Below, in pieces: positions 28,367-36,299 of a stretch of 64,000 bases of DNA. The DNA lies in contig JAFGDV010000002.1 in NCBI GenBank assembly GCA_016931955.1, positions 38,545 to 102,544 on the forward strand, written 5' to 3'. The notes under the pieces were generated by a model. The model saw only the letters and a list, made by a program, of their open reading frames with translations, was not told the DNA's origin and ran no database searches. Positions within the stretch are counted from its first letter, which is position 1; every line of letters begins with the position of its first letter. Both the position numbers and the translations under genes were made by a program. This stretch comes from Candidatus Altiarchaeota archaeon (GTDB lineage: Archaea; Altiarchaeota; Altiarchaeia; IMC4; QMZM01).

Positions 28367-29216
28367 TTATGATCTTCTCCGTTATTCCCTCATACGCGCT
28401 CTTCACCTTCCCATCCGACCTATAATGGGAGAGTGGCAAGCCTCTTTTCTGCGCTTCGTAGACCTTTTTGGAGTATGGTACTATGAAAAGGTCTCCTCTG
28501 AACCCAACGCCTACCGACAAATGCAGCCGTAGTTTGTCTTCAAGCTCACTGAGGGGGTCTTCAAGAGACAGAAACCCTGATAGTTTCGGTACCCTATCCC
28601 TCAGCATCTTGTGTATTGGACGCACCGTGGGTTCCTGGAACCTTGTAACAATCACAGTGTTGATCCCCTTCTTCACGCCCTCCCTTTCTTCTATATTCTT
28701 CAGTATCTCAGCAAAGGTTTCGATGCTGTCTATGGAGAAGAAACCGCTGTCCAAGGGTAGTATGATAGAGTCTGCTGCAACGATTGCATTGGTCAGTAGT
28801 GGCGTGTAGCTGGGGGGCGTATCTATCAGTATGTAATCATAGAGTTCTCTGACATCGTCTAGGGCTCGATCAAGTATCTGGGAGGAACCCTTAGCCTTCT
28901 GCATGTGACCAAGGATGTTCGCCAGATTCAGTTCTGACGGAGCCAGATGAAGATCCTCTATCTCTGTTGCAAGTATCACATTCCTGAACCTTAACTTCCT
29001 TTTTCTCCCGCATCCCTCAAGAAGCACATCATATACCGAGAACGGCAGGTATCTTTTGTTTATATTCAAACCAGCGGTTGCGTTTGCTTGGGGGTCCATG
29101 TCGACGACAAGGACCTTCTTGCCTCTTTTCACCAGTTCCCCCGCAATGTTTATGCATGAGGTCGTCTTGCCCGTGCCGCCCTTATGGTGGGCGAATGCTA
29201 TGCATTTAGCCCGCAT
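28353..29216 (-). CDS. Orphan ParA/Soj/MinD family ATPase
   Basis: Deviant Walker A KGGTGKTT, DMDPQAN, IDTPPS; start reassigned to ATG 29216. Confidence 0.9.
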   Translation of the reverse strand: MRAKCIAFAHHKGGTGKTTSCINIAGELVKRGKKVLVVDMDPQANATAGLNINKRYLPFSVYDVLLEGCGRKRKLRFRNVILATEIEDLHLAPSELNLANILGHMQKAKGSSQILDRALDDVRELYDYILIDTPPSYTPLLTNAIVAADSIILPLDSGFFSIDSIETFAEILKNIEEREGVKKGINTVIVTRFQEPTVRPIHKMLRDRVPKLSGFLSLEDPLSELEDKLRLHLSVGVGFRGDLFIVPYSKKVYEAQKRGLPLSHYRSDGKVKSAYEGITEKIINGRI

Positions 29217-29321
29217 CCTAATCAACAATATCGCAGAAAGTTCAGCCAGATGGATTACAAGAGACGCACGCTTGAGCCTCTTTAAGCATATATTAAGTAG
29301 AACTATTATAAATACGTGTAA

Positions 29322-29951
29322 CTATTCCCCGACCTTCTTGTCAAGTTTTTCTATGATCAGCTTCAGTGATTTTGAGTCTGGGAGGAATATCAATCTCCCC
29401 TTTATCGTGGTCTCCTTCGCCGTGAACTCCGTCGCCAGAATGAGTGCCTTCTTTATCTCCCATGTGAAGCCCTTCCTTATGTCGGTGACAGACCTCTCCG
29501 TCATTGTGAAAGAAACCAGTGGAACATGATGGCACGGCCGCACATCCAAAAAATCGCTGAGTGCTGTAAGATATGATCCAAAGAGTATGTTGGATAACTC
29601 ACTCAGAGCATCCCGCGATATCTGATCCAACACACTGGTTTCTTTTCTTACCAGGATATTGCTGATTATTATGTCAGCCAATTTCGTCGCATCTTCTCTC
29701 TCAAAGACCATCACTATCAGGGCATTGATGTCGCCTGTTATGAGGGAGGAGATTTCGACGAGCAAATCCCTCGGAGGTGCAAGGGTTGAGGGTACTTCGT
29801 CGATGCCGACCAGTTTCACCCATGGAACCCTCAACATTATCTCGCAGTCTAGCATCTCTGAGAGGGCGACGCTTGAGCTCCCGGCGCCGATAGTCCCTAC
29901 CTCTCTAAGAGCATCCAGCTGCAGCTTCGTCATACCTATGTCTTCCGTCAT
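29322..29951 (-). CDS. cheC: CheC-like protein, only the second motif intact
   Basis: DALREVGTIG, DALSELSNIL; ATG 29951 fits the upstream TATA spacing. Confidence 0.82.
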   Translation of the reverse strand: MTEDIGMTKLQLDALREVGTIGAGSSSVALSEMLDCEIMLRVPWVKLVGIDEVPSTLAPPRDLLVEISSLITGDINALIVMVFEREDATKLADIIISNILVRKETSVLDQISRDALSELSNILFGSYLTALSDFLDVRPCHHVPLVSFTMTERSVTDIRKGFTWEIKKALILATEFTAKETTIKGRLIFLPDSKSLKLIIEKLDKKVGE

Positions 29952-30000
29952 CCTCTTATAGATTTTACTCAATCATGTATAAAAACATGTGAACGGCAGA

Positions 30001-30013
30001 AAGTATTTATAAG
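30001..30013 (+). promoter_or_regulatory. BRE/TATA promoter of the cheY-cheY-cheA-cheC-cheD operon
   Basis: AAGTATTTATAAG; GGGTGA ribosome-binding site before ATG 30054. Confidence 0.55.
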
Positions 30014-30053
30014 AGAAATACAAATACAATTATCAAATTATCGGGTGATCTGA

Positions 30054-30419
30054 ATGCCTAAGATTTTGACCATAGAAGACTCTACTTTTGAGAGGAAGGC
30101 CATACGCGATATGCTGGCTAGGGCAGGGTACACCAGCGTAGTGGAGGCTGAGAGCGGCGAGATCGGCTTAGAGAGGTACAAGAAGGAAAAACCTGACCTT
30201 GTTTTATTGGATCTCCGGATGCCAGGTATGCCTGGGATGGAAGTCTTAGAGGAGTTGAAGAAGATCAATCCAAGAGTCAGGGTGATAATAGTCAGCATAG
30301 TGAGGAAGAAGGAGACCGTCGACGAAGCGTTGAAGCTGGGCGTCGAAGCCTATGTTTCAAAACCGATCACTACCGAGAAACTAATACCTGAAGTTAAAAA
30401 AGCATTAGGAGGGAATTAA
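30054..30419 (+). CDS. cheY: CheY-like response regulator (FER subtype)
   Basis: IEDSTFER, LLDLRMP, VSKPI. Confidence 0.88.
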   Translation: MPKILTIEDSTFERKAIRDMLARAGYTSVVEAESGEIGLERYKKEKPDLVLLDLRMPGMPGMEVLEELKKINPRVRVIIVSIVRKKETVDEALKLGVEAYVSKPITTEKLIPEVKKALGGN

Positions 30420-30779
30420 ATGACCAAAATACTATTAGCGGATGATTCTGCCTTTATGAGGAAGATACTGACTAACATATTAACCAAGAAGGGATACACT
30501 GACCTCATCGAAGCTGTGGATGGAGAAGAGACTGTGGCAGCCTATACCAGAGAAAAACCGGACCTTGTTCTCTTGGATATAGTAATGAAGAAGAAATACG
30601 GAACCGAGGCGTTGAAGGACATAATGCAGATGGATCCAAACGCCAAGATAATAATGGTATCGGCAGTAGGGCAGGAGAAGGTTATCGAGGAGGCAATTCA
30701 ATTAGGCGCCAAGGGTTTTGTTGTTAAACCCTTCAAGGAAGAGGAAGTCTTAAGCAAGGTTAAGGAAGTCCTTGGCTAA
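30420..30779 (+). CDS. cheY: CheY-like response regulator
   Basis: LADDSAFMR, LLDIVM, VVKPF. Confidence 0.92.
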   Translation: MTKILLADDSAFMRKILTNILTKKGYTDLIEAVDGEETVAAYTREKPDLVLLDIVMKKKYGTEALKDIMQMDPNAKIIMVSAVGQEKVIEEAIQLGAKGFVVKPFKEEEVLSKVKEVLG

Positions 30780-30797
30780 TTCTCTGAATGCTCGGAA

Positions 30798-32387
30798 ATG
30801 GCAGATGACATGAGTGAATATAAGGAGCTCTACCTGAAGGAGGCGGAGGAATTACTGCAAAGCCTGAATTCTTCACTACTTGAGTTCGAGAAGAACCCGA
30901 CAAGGGAGGACCTTATAAAGGAGATGGCACGTTGTGCCCATACACTCAAGAGTAATTCTTCTTCAATGGGTTTCGAGAAACTGGCGGAATTATCTCACTC
31001 CATGGAGGACGGGTTGTTGATGCTCCAGGAGTCCGGCATTGAAGCCAGCGATGAGATCATCGACCTCCTCTTTGAATGCTTCGACTACCTGGAGGTCTCA
31101 GTGGACAAGGTAAGCACTGGTGAGGAGGAACCAGACAACACAGATCTTTTGAAGAAACTGGAGGTGCTGAAATCCACTGACATAAAGAAGAGGAGTAAGG
31201 AGGAGTCTGGTGTGAAACTCGCCGAACGGCCTCAGACCATCAGGAGGCTTCGCTCAATCAAGGTGGACATCAAGATCCTAGATAAATTGGTGGACTTGGT
31301 TGGAGAACTACTGACCGCAACCATGAGGTTCCAGAACCTGAACTCAACGTACAAGATCAAGGAATTCGACAAGATAATAAACCAGCTGAATATGCTAACG
31401 GAGGATATCCAATACGAGGTCACTGAAGCAAGAATGATCCCTGTTGGCCAGGTATTCAACCGGTTTCCGAGGATGGTGCGAGACCTGGCGAAGAGGGAGA
31501 ACAAGAAGGTGGACTTCACCATTGAGGGAAGCGACATACAACTGGATAGAACTGTGTTGGATCAGATCGGTGAGCCACTGATCCATCTGCTGAGGAATTC
31601 CATAGACCACGGCATCGAATCTCCGGAGGAGAGGATTAAGGCAGGCAAACCCGAGACAGGCAAAATCCATTTGAGAGCCAGTAGAGAGAAAAACGCCGTA
31701 ATCATTGAGGTCATTGACGATGGCGCAGGCTTCGATGAAGACAAGATAAAGGAGATAGCAATAAAAAAGGGCGTGATAACGGAGGAGGAGGCTAAGACCA
31801 TACCCAAAAAGCAGTTACTGGATATCCCATTTCTGCCCACTTTCAGCACATCCGATAAGGTCACCAAGGTCTCCGGCAGAGGGGTTGGATTGGATGTTGT
31901 CAAGACAAAGATTGATGAACTAAATGGGTCGCTGAAGATGGAGACCGAAAAGAGCAAGGGGACGAGATTCATCCTAGGTCTGCCGCACACTCTAGCAATC
32001 ATCAAGTGCCTCCTAACGTACGTCGGCGAGGAACGCTATGCTTTGCCCATCATTGATATCTCAAGGATCGTCAACATCGAAGAATCTAGGATGCAACACA
32101 TCGAAGGCAATGAAGTCTTCATTCTCGATGGCGAAGACATACCCCTGATAAGGCTGCGCGACGTATTTAATCTGCCCCGCAAGAAAGACAGAAAACTGAC
32201 GGTAATAATTACTGAGAGAACCCAGGAGAAGAACGGTATTGCTGTGGATGGGATCATCGGTGAACAGGAGCTTATGATAAAGTCGGTGACTAAAACGCTG
32301 AAGAAGATCAAGGGAATAGCAGGTGCTACCATCCTTGGCGATGGTCAACCCGCCATGGTCTTGGATATTAATGGCCTGCTTGCTTAG
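30798..32387 (+). CDS. cheA: Chemotaxis histidine kinase CheA (no P2 domain)
   Basis: HPT AHTLKS, HLLRNSIDHGIE, DDGAG, SGRGVGLDVV, C-terminal CheW-like P5. Confidence 0.95.
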   Translation: MADDMSEYKELYLKEAEELLQSLNSSLLEFEKNPTREDLIKEMARCAHTLKSNSSSMGFEKLAELSHSMEDGLLMLQESGIEASDEIIDLLFECFDYLEVSVDKVSTGEEEPDNTDLLKKLEVLKSTDIKKRSKEESGVKLAERPQTIRRLRSIKVDIKILDKLVDLVGELLTATMRFQNLNSTYKIKEFDKIINQLNMLTEDIQYEVTEARMIPVGQVFNRFPRMVRDLAKRENKKVDFTIEGSDIQLDRTVLDQIGEPLIHLLRNSIDHGIESPEERIKAGKPETGKIHLRASREKNAVIIEVIDDGAGFDEDKIKEIAIKKGVITEEEAKTIPKKQLLDIPFLPTFSTSDKVTKVSGRGVGLDVVKTKIDELNGSLKMETEKSKGTRFILGLPHTLAIIKCLLTYVGEERYALPIIDISRIVNIEESRMQHIEGNEVFILDGEDIPLIRLRDVFNLPRKKDRKLTVIITERTQEKNGIAVDGIIGEQELMIKSVTKTLKKIKGIAGATILGDGQPAMVLDINGLLA

Positions 32388-32403
32388 ATACCACAGTACC
32401 AAA

Positions 32404-33081
32404 ATGACTGAACTATCAAAATTCGAGATCGACGCGATAGCTGAGATAATAAACATCGGTGCAGGGCATGCATCCAACGCACTATCCGTGATGACTCGCA
32501 AGGACATACACATGAGCTTCCCTGAGGTGAAACTATGTCCGATAGAAAAGATACCCCAGCTCCTTGGCAATCCCGAGGACCTGGTTGCCGCAGTTTATCT
32601 CAAGATCGAGGGCAAGAGTAACAACAAACTCATCCCCGTTGGAAGCCTGATCTTTATGTTACAGCATGATAGCGCAGAGGAGCTTGCGGCGCTTTTAGAG
32701 AACAGGAAACCGCCTAAAGAGAAGAGTTTCGAACTCGGTGAGATGGATGTATCCGCATTAGAGGAGACTGGAAACATCCTCAGCGGTGCTTCATTAACAG
32801 CGATAAGCAAGGTCCTTGACATGCAATTGGTCGAGTCACTGCCACATTTCGCACACGACATGCTTCAAGCAGTATTGAGTTTCTGTTTGATCGAGCTGGC
32901 CCCAAAGGCGACGGATGCGTTGACATTTACGACCGCATTCGAGGTCGAAGGCCACGAAATAGACGCCTACTTCCTCCTTTTATTAGACCCAGAGAGCTTA
33001 GAGCTCCTCAGTAAGAGACTGAGGACACTATTTGAGGATATGCTAGCGGAATACATAGAAGAGGAGTACTCAGATGCGTGA
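32404..33081 (+). CDS. cheC: CheC phosphatase, both motifs intact
   Basis: DAIAEIINIG and SALEETGNIL; start reassigned to ATG 32404. Confidence 0.88.
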   Translation: MTELSKFEIDAIAEIINIGAGHASNALSVMTRKDIHMSFPEVKLCPIEKIPQLLGNPEDLVAAVYLKIEGKSNNKLIPVGSLIFMLQHDSAEELAALLENRKPPKEKSFELGEMDVSALEETGNILSGASLTAISKVLDMQLVESLPHFAHDMLQAVLSFCLIELAPKATDALTFTTAFEVEGHEIDAYFLLLLDPESLELLSKRLRTLFEDMLAEYIEEEYSDA

Positions 33082-33553
33082 GAAACAAGCATATTTGAAC
33101 ATAGGGGAGGGCAGGGTAGTTAATGAACCGACGATTCTCGAAGCAGTTGGCATAGGCTCATGCATCGTAATCTGCCTTTATGATAAAGAAAAAAGGGTGG
33201 CTGGCATGGTCCATGCCCTATTAGGCAACAATCCGCATGACGAAAAAGCGGATCTGAATCCCATGAGGTTCGCCGATACTGCTATAGATCTCCTATTAGG
33301 GGAGATGGCCGAAAAGGGCTGCCAAAAGGGGAACATAGTCGCGAAGATCTTCGGCGGGGCTAAACTCTTTACCTTGGAACACATCAACGTGGGCGAAGAT
33401 AACATATTTGCTGTAAGACAGAAACTCGAAGAGGTTGGAATACCAATAGTAGCTGAAGACACCGGTGGAAAACACGGCAGGAATATCTGGTTCGACACAG
33501 AAAACGGGAAAGTAGTTGTTGGGAGGGTCTTCGGACCCACGTTGGAGTATTAG
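33074..33553 (+). CDS. cheD: CheD deamidase
   Basis: GIGSCIVI, MVHALL, KIFGGA, EDTGGKHGRNI. Confidence 0.9.
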   Translation: MREKQAYLNIGEGRVVNEPTILEAVGIGSCIVICLYDKEKRVAGMVHALLGNNPHDEKADLNPMRFADTAIDLLLGEMAEKGCQKGNIVAKIFGGAKLFTLEHINVGEDNIFAVRQKLEEVGIPIVAEDTGGKHGRNIWFDTENGKVVVGRVFGPTLEY

Positions 33554-34371
33554 CTAACCTTCCTGAATATCCTCTCAGAGAGGCTGACCAGATTGAATTT
33601 CTTATGCATTGCCTCATGCATTGTCTCTGTTTTCCCTATTACGAGATAACCCTCCTTGGCCAGTGAGTCATAGAATGCCTCAAAGATTTCCTTCTGCGTA
33701 TCCCTTGAGAAGTAGATGAAAACGTTCCTGCAGAATATCACGTCCACATAGTGCTGAGGCTTTCCGTTTATCAGGTCGCTTTTTTCGAATTTCACCATGG
33801 ACTTTATGCTGTCCCTTAACCTGTAATAGTCGCAGACCTTGTCGAAGTATTTTTCCAGTAACTCAACACCAACATTCTTGAGAAGGTCTTTTTCGTATAA
33901 GCCTCTCACAGCATCCCCCAGGCACTTTTCATCGATATCTGTCGCCTTTATAGCTACTACAAAGTTCTTCATATCATCCCCAAGTAGCTCTTGGAGGATG
34001 ATTGCTATGCTGTAGGGTTCTTCGCCGGCTGCGCATCCGGCAGACCATATGCTTATAACCTTCTTTCCCTCCCTCTTCTTCCTATCAATCAGTTCGGGAA
34101 AGATCTCTTCCCTCAATAGATCAAACATCTCCTTGTCCCTGAAAAACTCGGTGAAATTGATCGTTAACACATCCACTAGCTTGTCGTATTCCCTCTTGTT
34201 GTTTATGAGTAACCTTATGTATTCCCCATATGACTGAACATTATTGACCTTCATCCGGACGTTGATCCTCCTCTTCAGGGTCGTGTCTTTGTAGTTTTTA
34301 CAGTTGAAGCCCCTCTCCCTTTGTATCATGTCCTTGAGCAACTCGAAATCGTCTCTCGTCTCCATCTTCAA
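33550..34371 (-). CDS. cheR: Chemotaxis methyltransferase CheR
   Basis: TINFTEFFRD, WSAGCAAGEEPYS, ATDID, IFCRNVFIYF. Confidence 0.95.
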   Translation of the reverse strand: MKMETRDDFELLKDMIQRERGFNCKNYKDTTLKRRINVRMKVNNVQSYGEYIRLLINNKREYDKLVDVLTINFTEFFRDKEMFDLLREEIFPELIDRKKREGKKVISIWSAGCAAGEEPYSIAIILQELLGDDMKNFVVAIKATDIDEKCLGDAVRGLYEKDLLKNVGVELLEKYFDKVCDYYRLRDSIKSMVKFEKSDLINGKPQHYVDVIFCRNVFIYFSRDTQKEIFEAFYDSLAKEGYLVIGKTETMHEAMHKKFNLVSLSERIFRKVS

Positions 34372-34474
34372 GTAATAAATTTGGCATTCAGGTATTTATC
34401 CGTTGAATCGCTGGGGGTAAAAGATATATACTAGTTAATCCAATTAATCTAACAAATAGTTTACAGGTGATAAC

Positions 34475-35083
34475 ATGTACGACTTGAATGACTTTCAGAA
34501 GGATGCCTTGAAGGAGCTGGGCAGTCTGGGGTCTGGAAAGGCTTCAGCAGCGCTTTCAACTTTAGTGGATACGGAGGTAAGACTTGACGTACCCTTCGTC
34601 GACTTGGTGCCTACTAAGAATGTACCGAACCTCGTCGGAGGACCGAGGAAGCTGGTCATTGGGACATATTCGACAGTTATCGGCGACGTATCTGGAACGA
34701 TAGTTGTGGTCTTCCCGATTAAGAGCGCTAGACTGCTCGTCGACATACTGAATAAAGAGCCATCAGGTACGTGCGAGGTACTGAAACTCAAGGACAGAGA
34801 CAACATAAGGAAGATTGGGGAAATCCTGTCCTCGGCCTATCTTGAAACACTCGCTGAGTTTCTGGACATACACGCAACCCACGAAGACCCGAGGATTGTT
34901 TCGGCGTTCGGTGAATCGCTCCCGGACTTTGTGCTTTTGAATATTACGGGAGAATATGCTCTACTCCTGAAGACCGTATTCAAGATTCCGTCGACGGAGG
35001 AGCTTGAAGGTAACTTCGTGCTGCTGTTGACTGCTGAATCGATAGAGAAGCTCCTGGAAACAATAAAGAGCAAACTCTCCTAA
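34475..35083 (+). CDS. cheC: CheC-like protein, both motifs degenerate
   Basis: DALKELGSLG; DNIRKIGEIL. Confidence 0.8.
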   Translation: MYDLNDFQKDALKELGSLGSGKASAALSTLVDTEVRLDVPFVDLVPTKNVPNLVGGPRKLVIGTYSTVIGDVSGTIVVVFPIKSARLLVDILNKEPSGTCEVLKLKDRDNIRKIGEILSSAYLETLAEFLDIHATHEDPRIVSAFGESLPDFVLLNITGEYALLLKTVFKIPSTEELEGNFVLLLTAESIEKLLETIKSKLS

Positions 35084-35084
35084 A

Positions 35085-35687
35085 ATGCCTCTTGACCTCA
35101 AAAAAGAGATTGGAAACAACAAGATTCTGGTCTTAGTCATACCCAATGACACATACACAGAGTGTGTTATAGAATTATCAAAGCAGGTTGGAGGCATTTA
35201 TGGAAAGACCTGCTACGTCAGCCTGAACAAGCTGTTCACGGCCCTCCTGAACAGCCTCAAGAATAATGGAGTGAACACCGAGGGTTTCTTCTTCATCGAC
35301 GCTATAACGAAGTCCGCCCTTCCGGGGGTAGAGAACACATTCAACTGCAATTATATATCCTCCGCTTCCTCACTACAGGAGCTGGCGATAGCGATAAATA
35401 ACGAATTAAACAAGGAGGACTATGAAGCCTTGATCTTCGACTCCCTGTCCACGCTTCAGATATACAATAGAGAGGACGTTATCACGGAATTCATAAAGTA
35501 CATGATGGCCAGGGTCAGGTTGTCTAACTGCGTCGCTATCCTAACCTGCCTTGAAGGCGACACTGATTCCCAGCTTATAAGAAACCTTGCCATGTTCAGC
35601 GACAAGATAATACACATCGAAGCCCACATAATCATGGAAGACACGGAGACGACGGTAACCTTCGAAGCCAGGGGCTCAACAATCTAA
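35085..35687 (+). CDS. RecA/KaiC-fold protein lacking Walker A (DUF835-like), paralogue 1
   Basis: CYVSLNK, FFFIDAIT, LIFDSLSTL (Walker B-like), FSDKII; no GxxxxGKT. Confidence 0.6.
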   Translation: MPLDLKKEIGNNKILVLVIPNDTYTECVIELSKQVGGIYGKTCYVSLNKLFTALLNSLKNNGVNTEGFFFIDAITKSALPGVENTFNCNYISSASSLQELAIAINNELNKEDYEALIFDSLSTLQIYNREDVITEFIKYMMARVRLSNCVAILTCLEGDTDSQLIRNLAMFSDKIIHIEAHIIMEDTETTVTFEARGSTI

Positions 35688-35696
35688 GGAGCAGGG

Positions 35697-36299
35697 ATGG
35701 CACACAACCTAAAACAGGAGATCGGGAAAAACTGGATAATACTTGTGGTGATACCCCATGAGACCTACCCCGACTGCTCAATTGAAGTATCCAAGCAGAT
35801 AGAGCGCATGTACCAAAGGATATGTTACGTGAACACTAACAAGCCCTTCACCACCCTTATGAAGACCTTCAAGGACAAGGGCATAAACACGGAGGGTTTT
35901 TTCTTCATTGATATGGTAACTAGATCTGCTTTCCCAGGCGTGAAAGACGGCCCCATATGTAGATACATATCCTCTGAGTCGGCGTTGGACGAGCTTGGCT
36001 CAGCAATCAATGAAGAGCTGGATAAGGGGGTATATAAGGCATTGATCTTTGACTCCCTGTCTTCACTGCTTGTGCACAACGACGAAGACGTTCTCATAAA
36101 ATTCGTGAAGTTCATTGTGACAAAGATCAGACACTCGGACTGCATCGCTGTTCTTAAATGCGCTGAGGGGGACATCGACTCAAAGCTTATGAAGAATCTA
36201 AGCATGCTCAGCGACAAGATAATACGCCTTAGCACGCACACCGTCATGGGCCTCGACGAGACAATAGTGAGCTGCGACCTTCATAAACCCAAGGCCTAA
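35697..36299 (+). CDS. RecA/KaiC-fold protein lacking Walker A (DUF835-like), paralogue 2
   Basis: CYVNTNK, FFFIDMVT, LIFDSLSSL, LSDKII; colinear with the upstream gene. Confidence 0.6.
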   Translation: MAHNLKQEIGKNWIILVVIPHETYPDCSIEVSKQIERMYQRICYVNTNKPFTTLMKTFKDKGINTEGFFFIDMVTRSAFPGVKDGPICRYISSESALDELGSAINEELDKGVYKALIFDSLSSLLVHNDEDVLIKFVKFIVTKIRHSDCIAVLKCAEGDIDSKLMKNLSMLSDKIIRLSTHTVMGLDETIVSCDLHKPKA

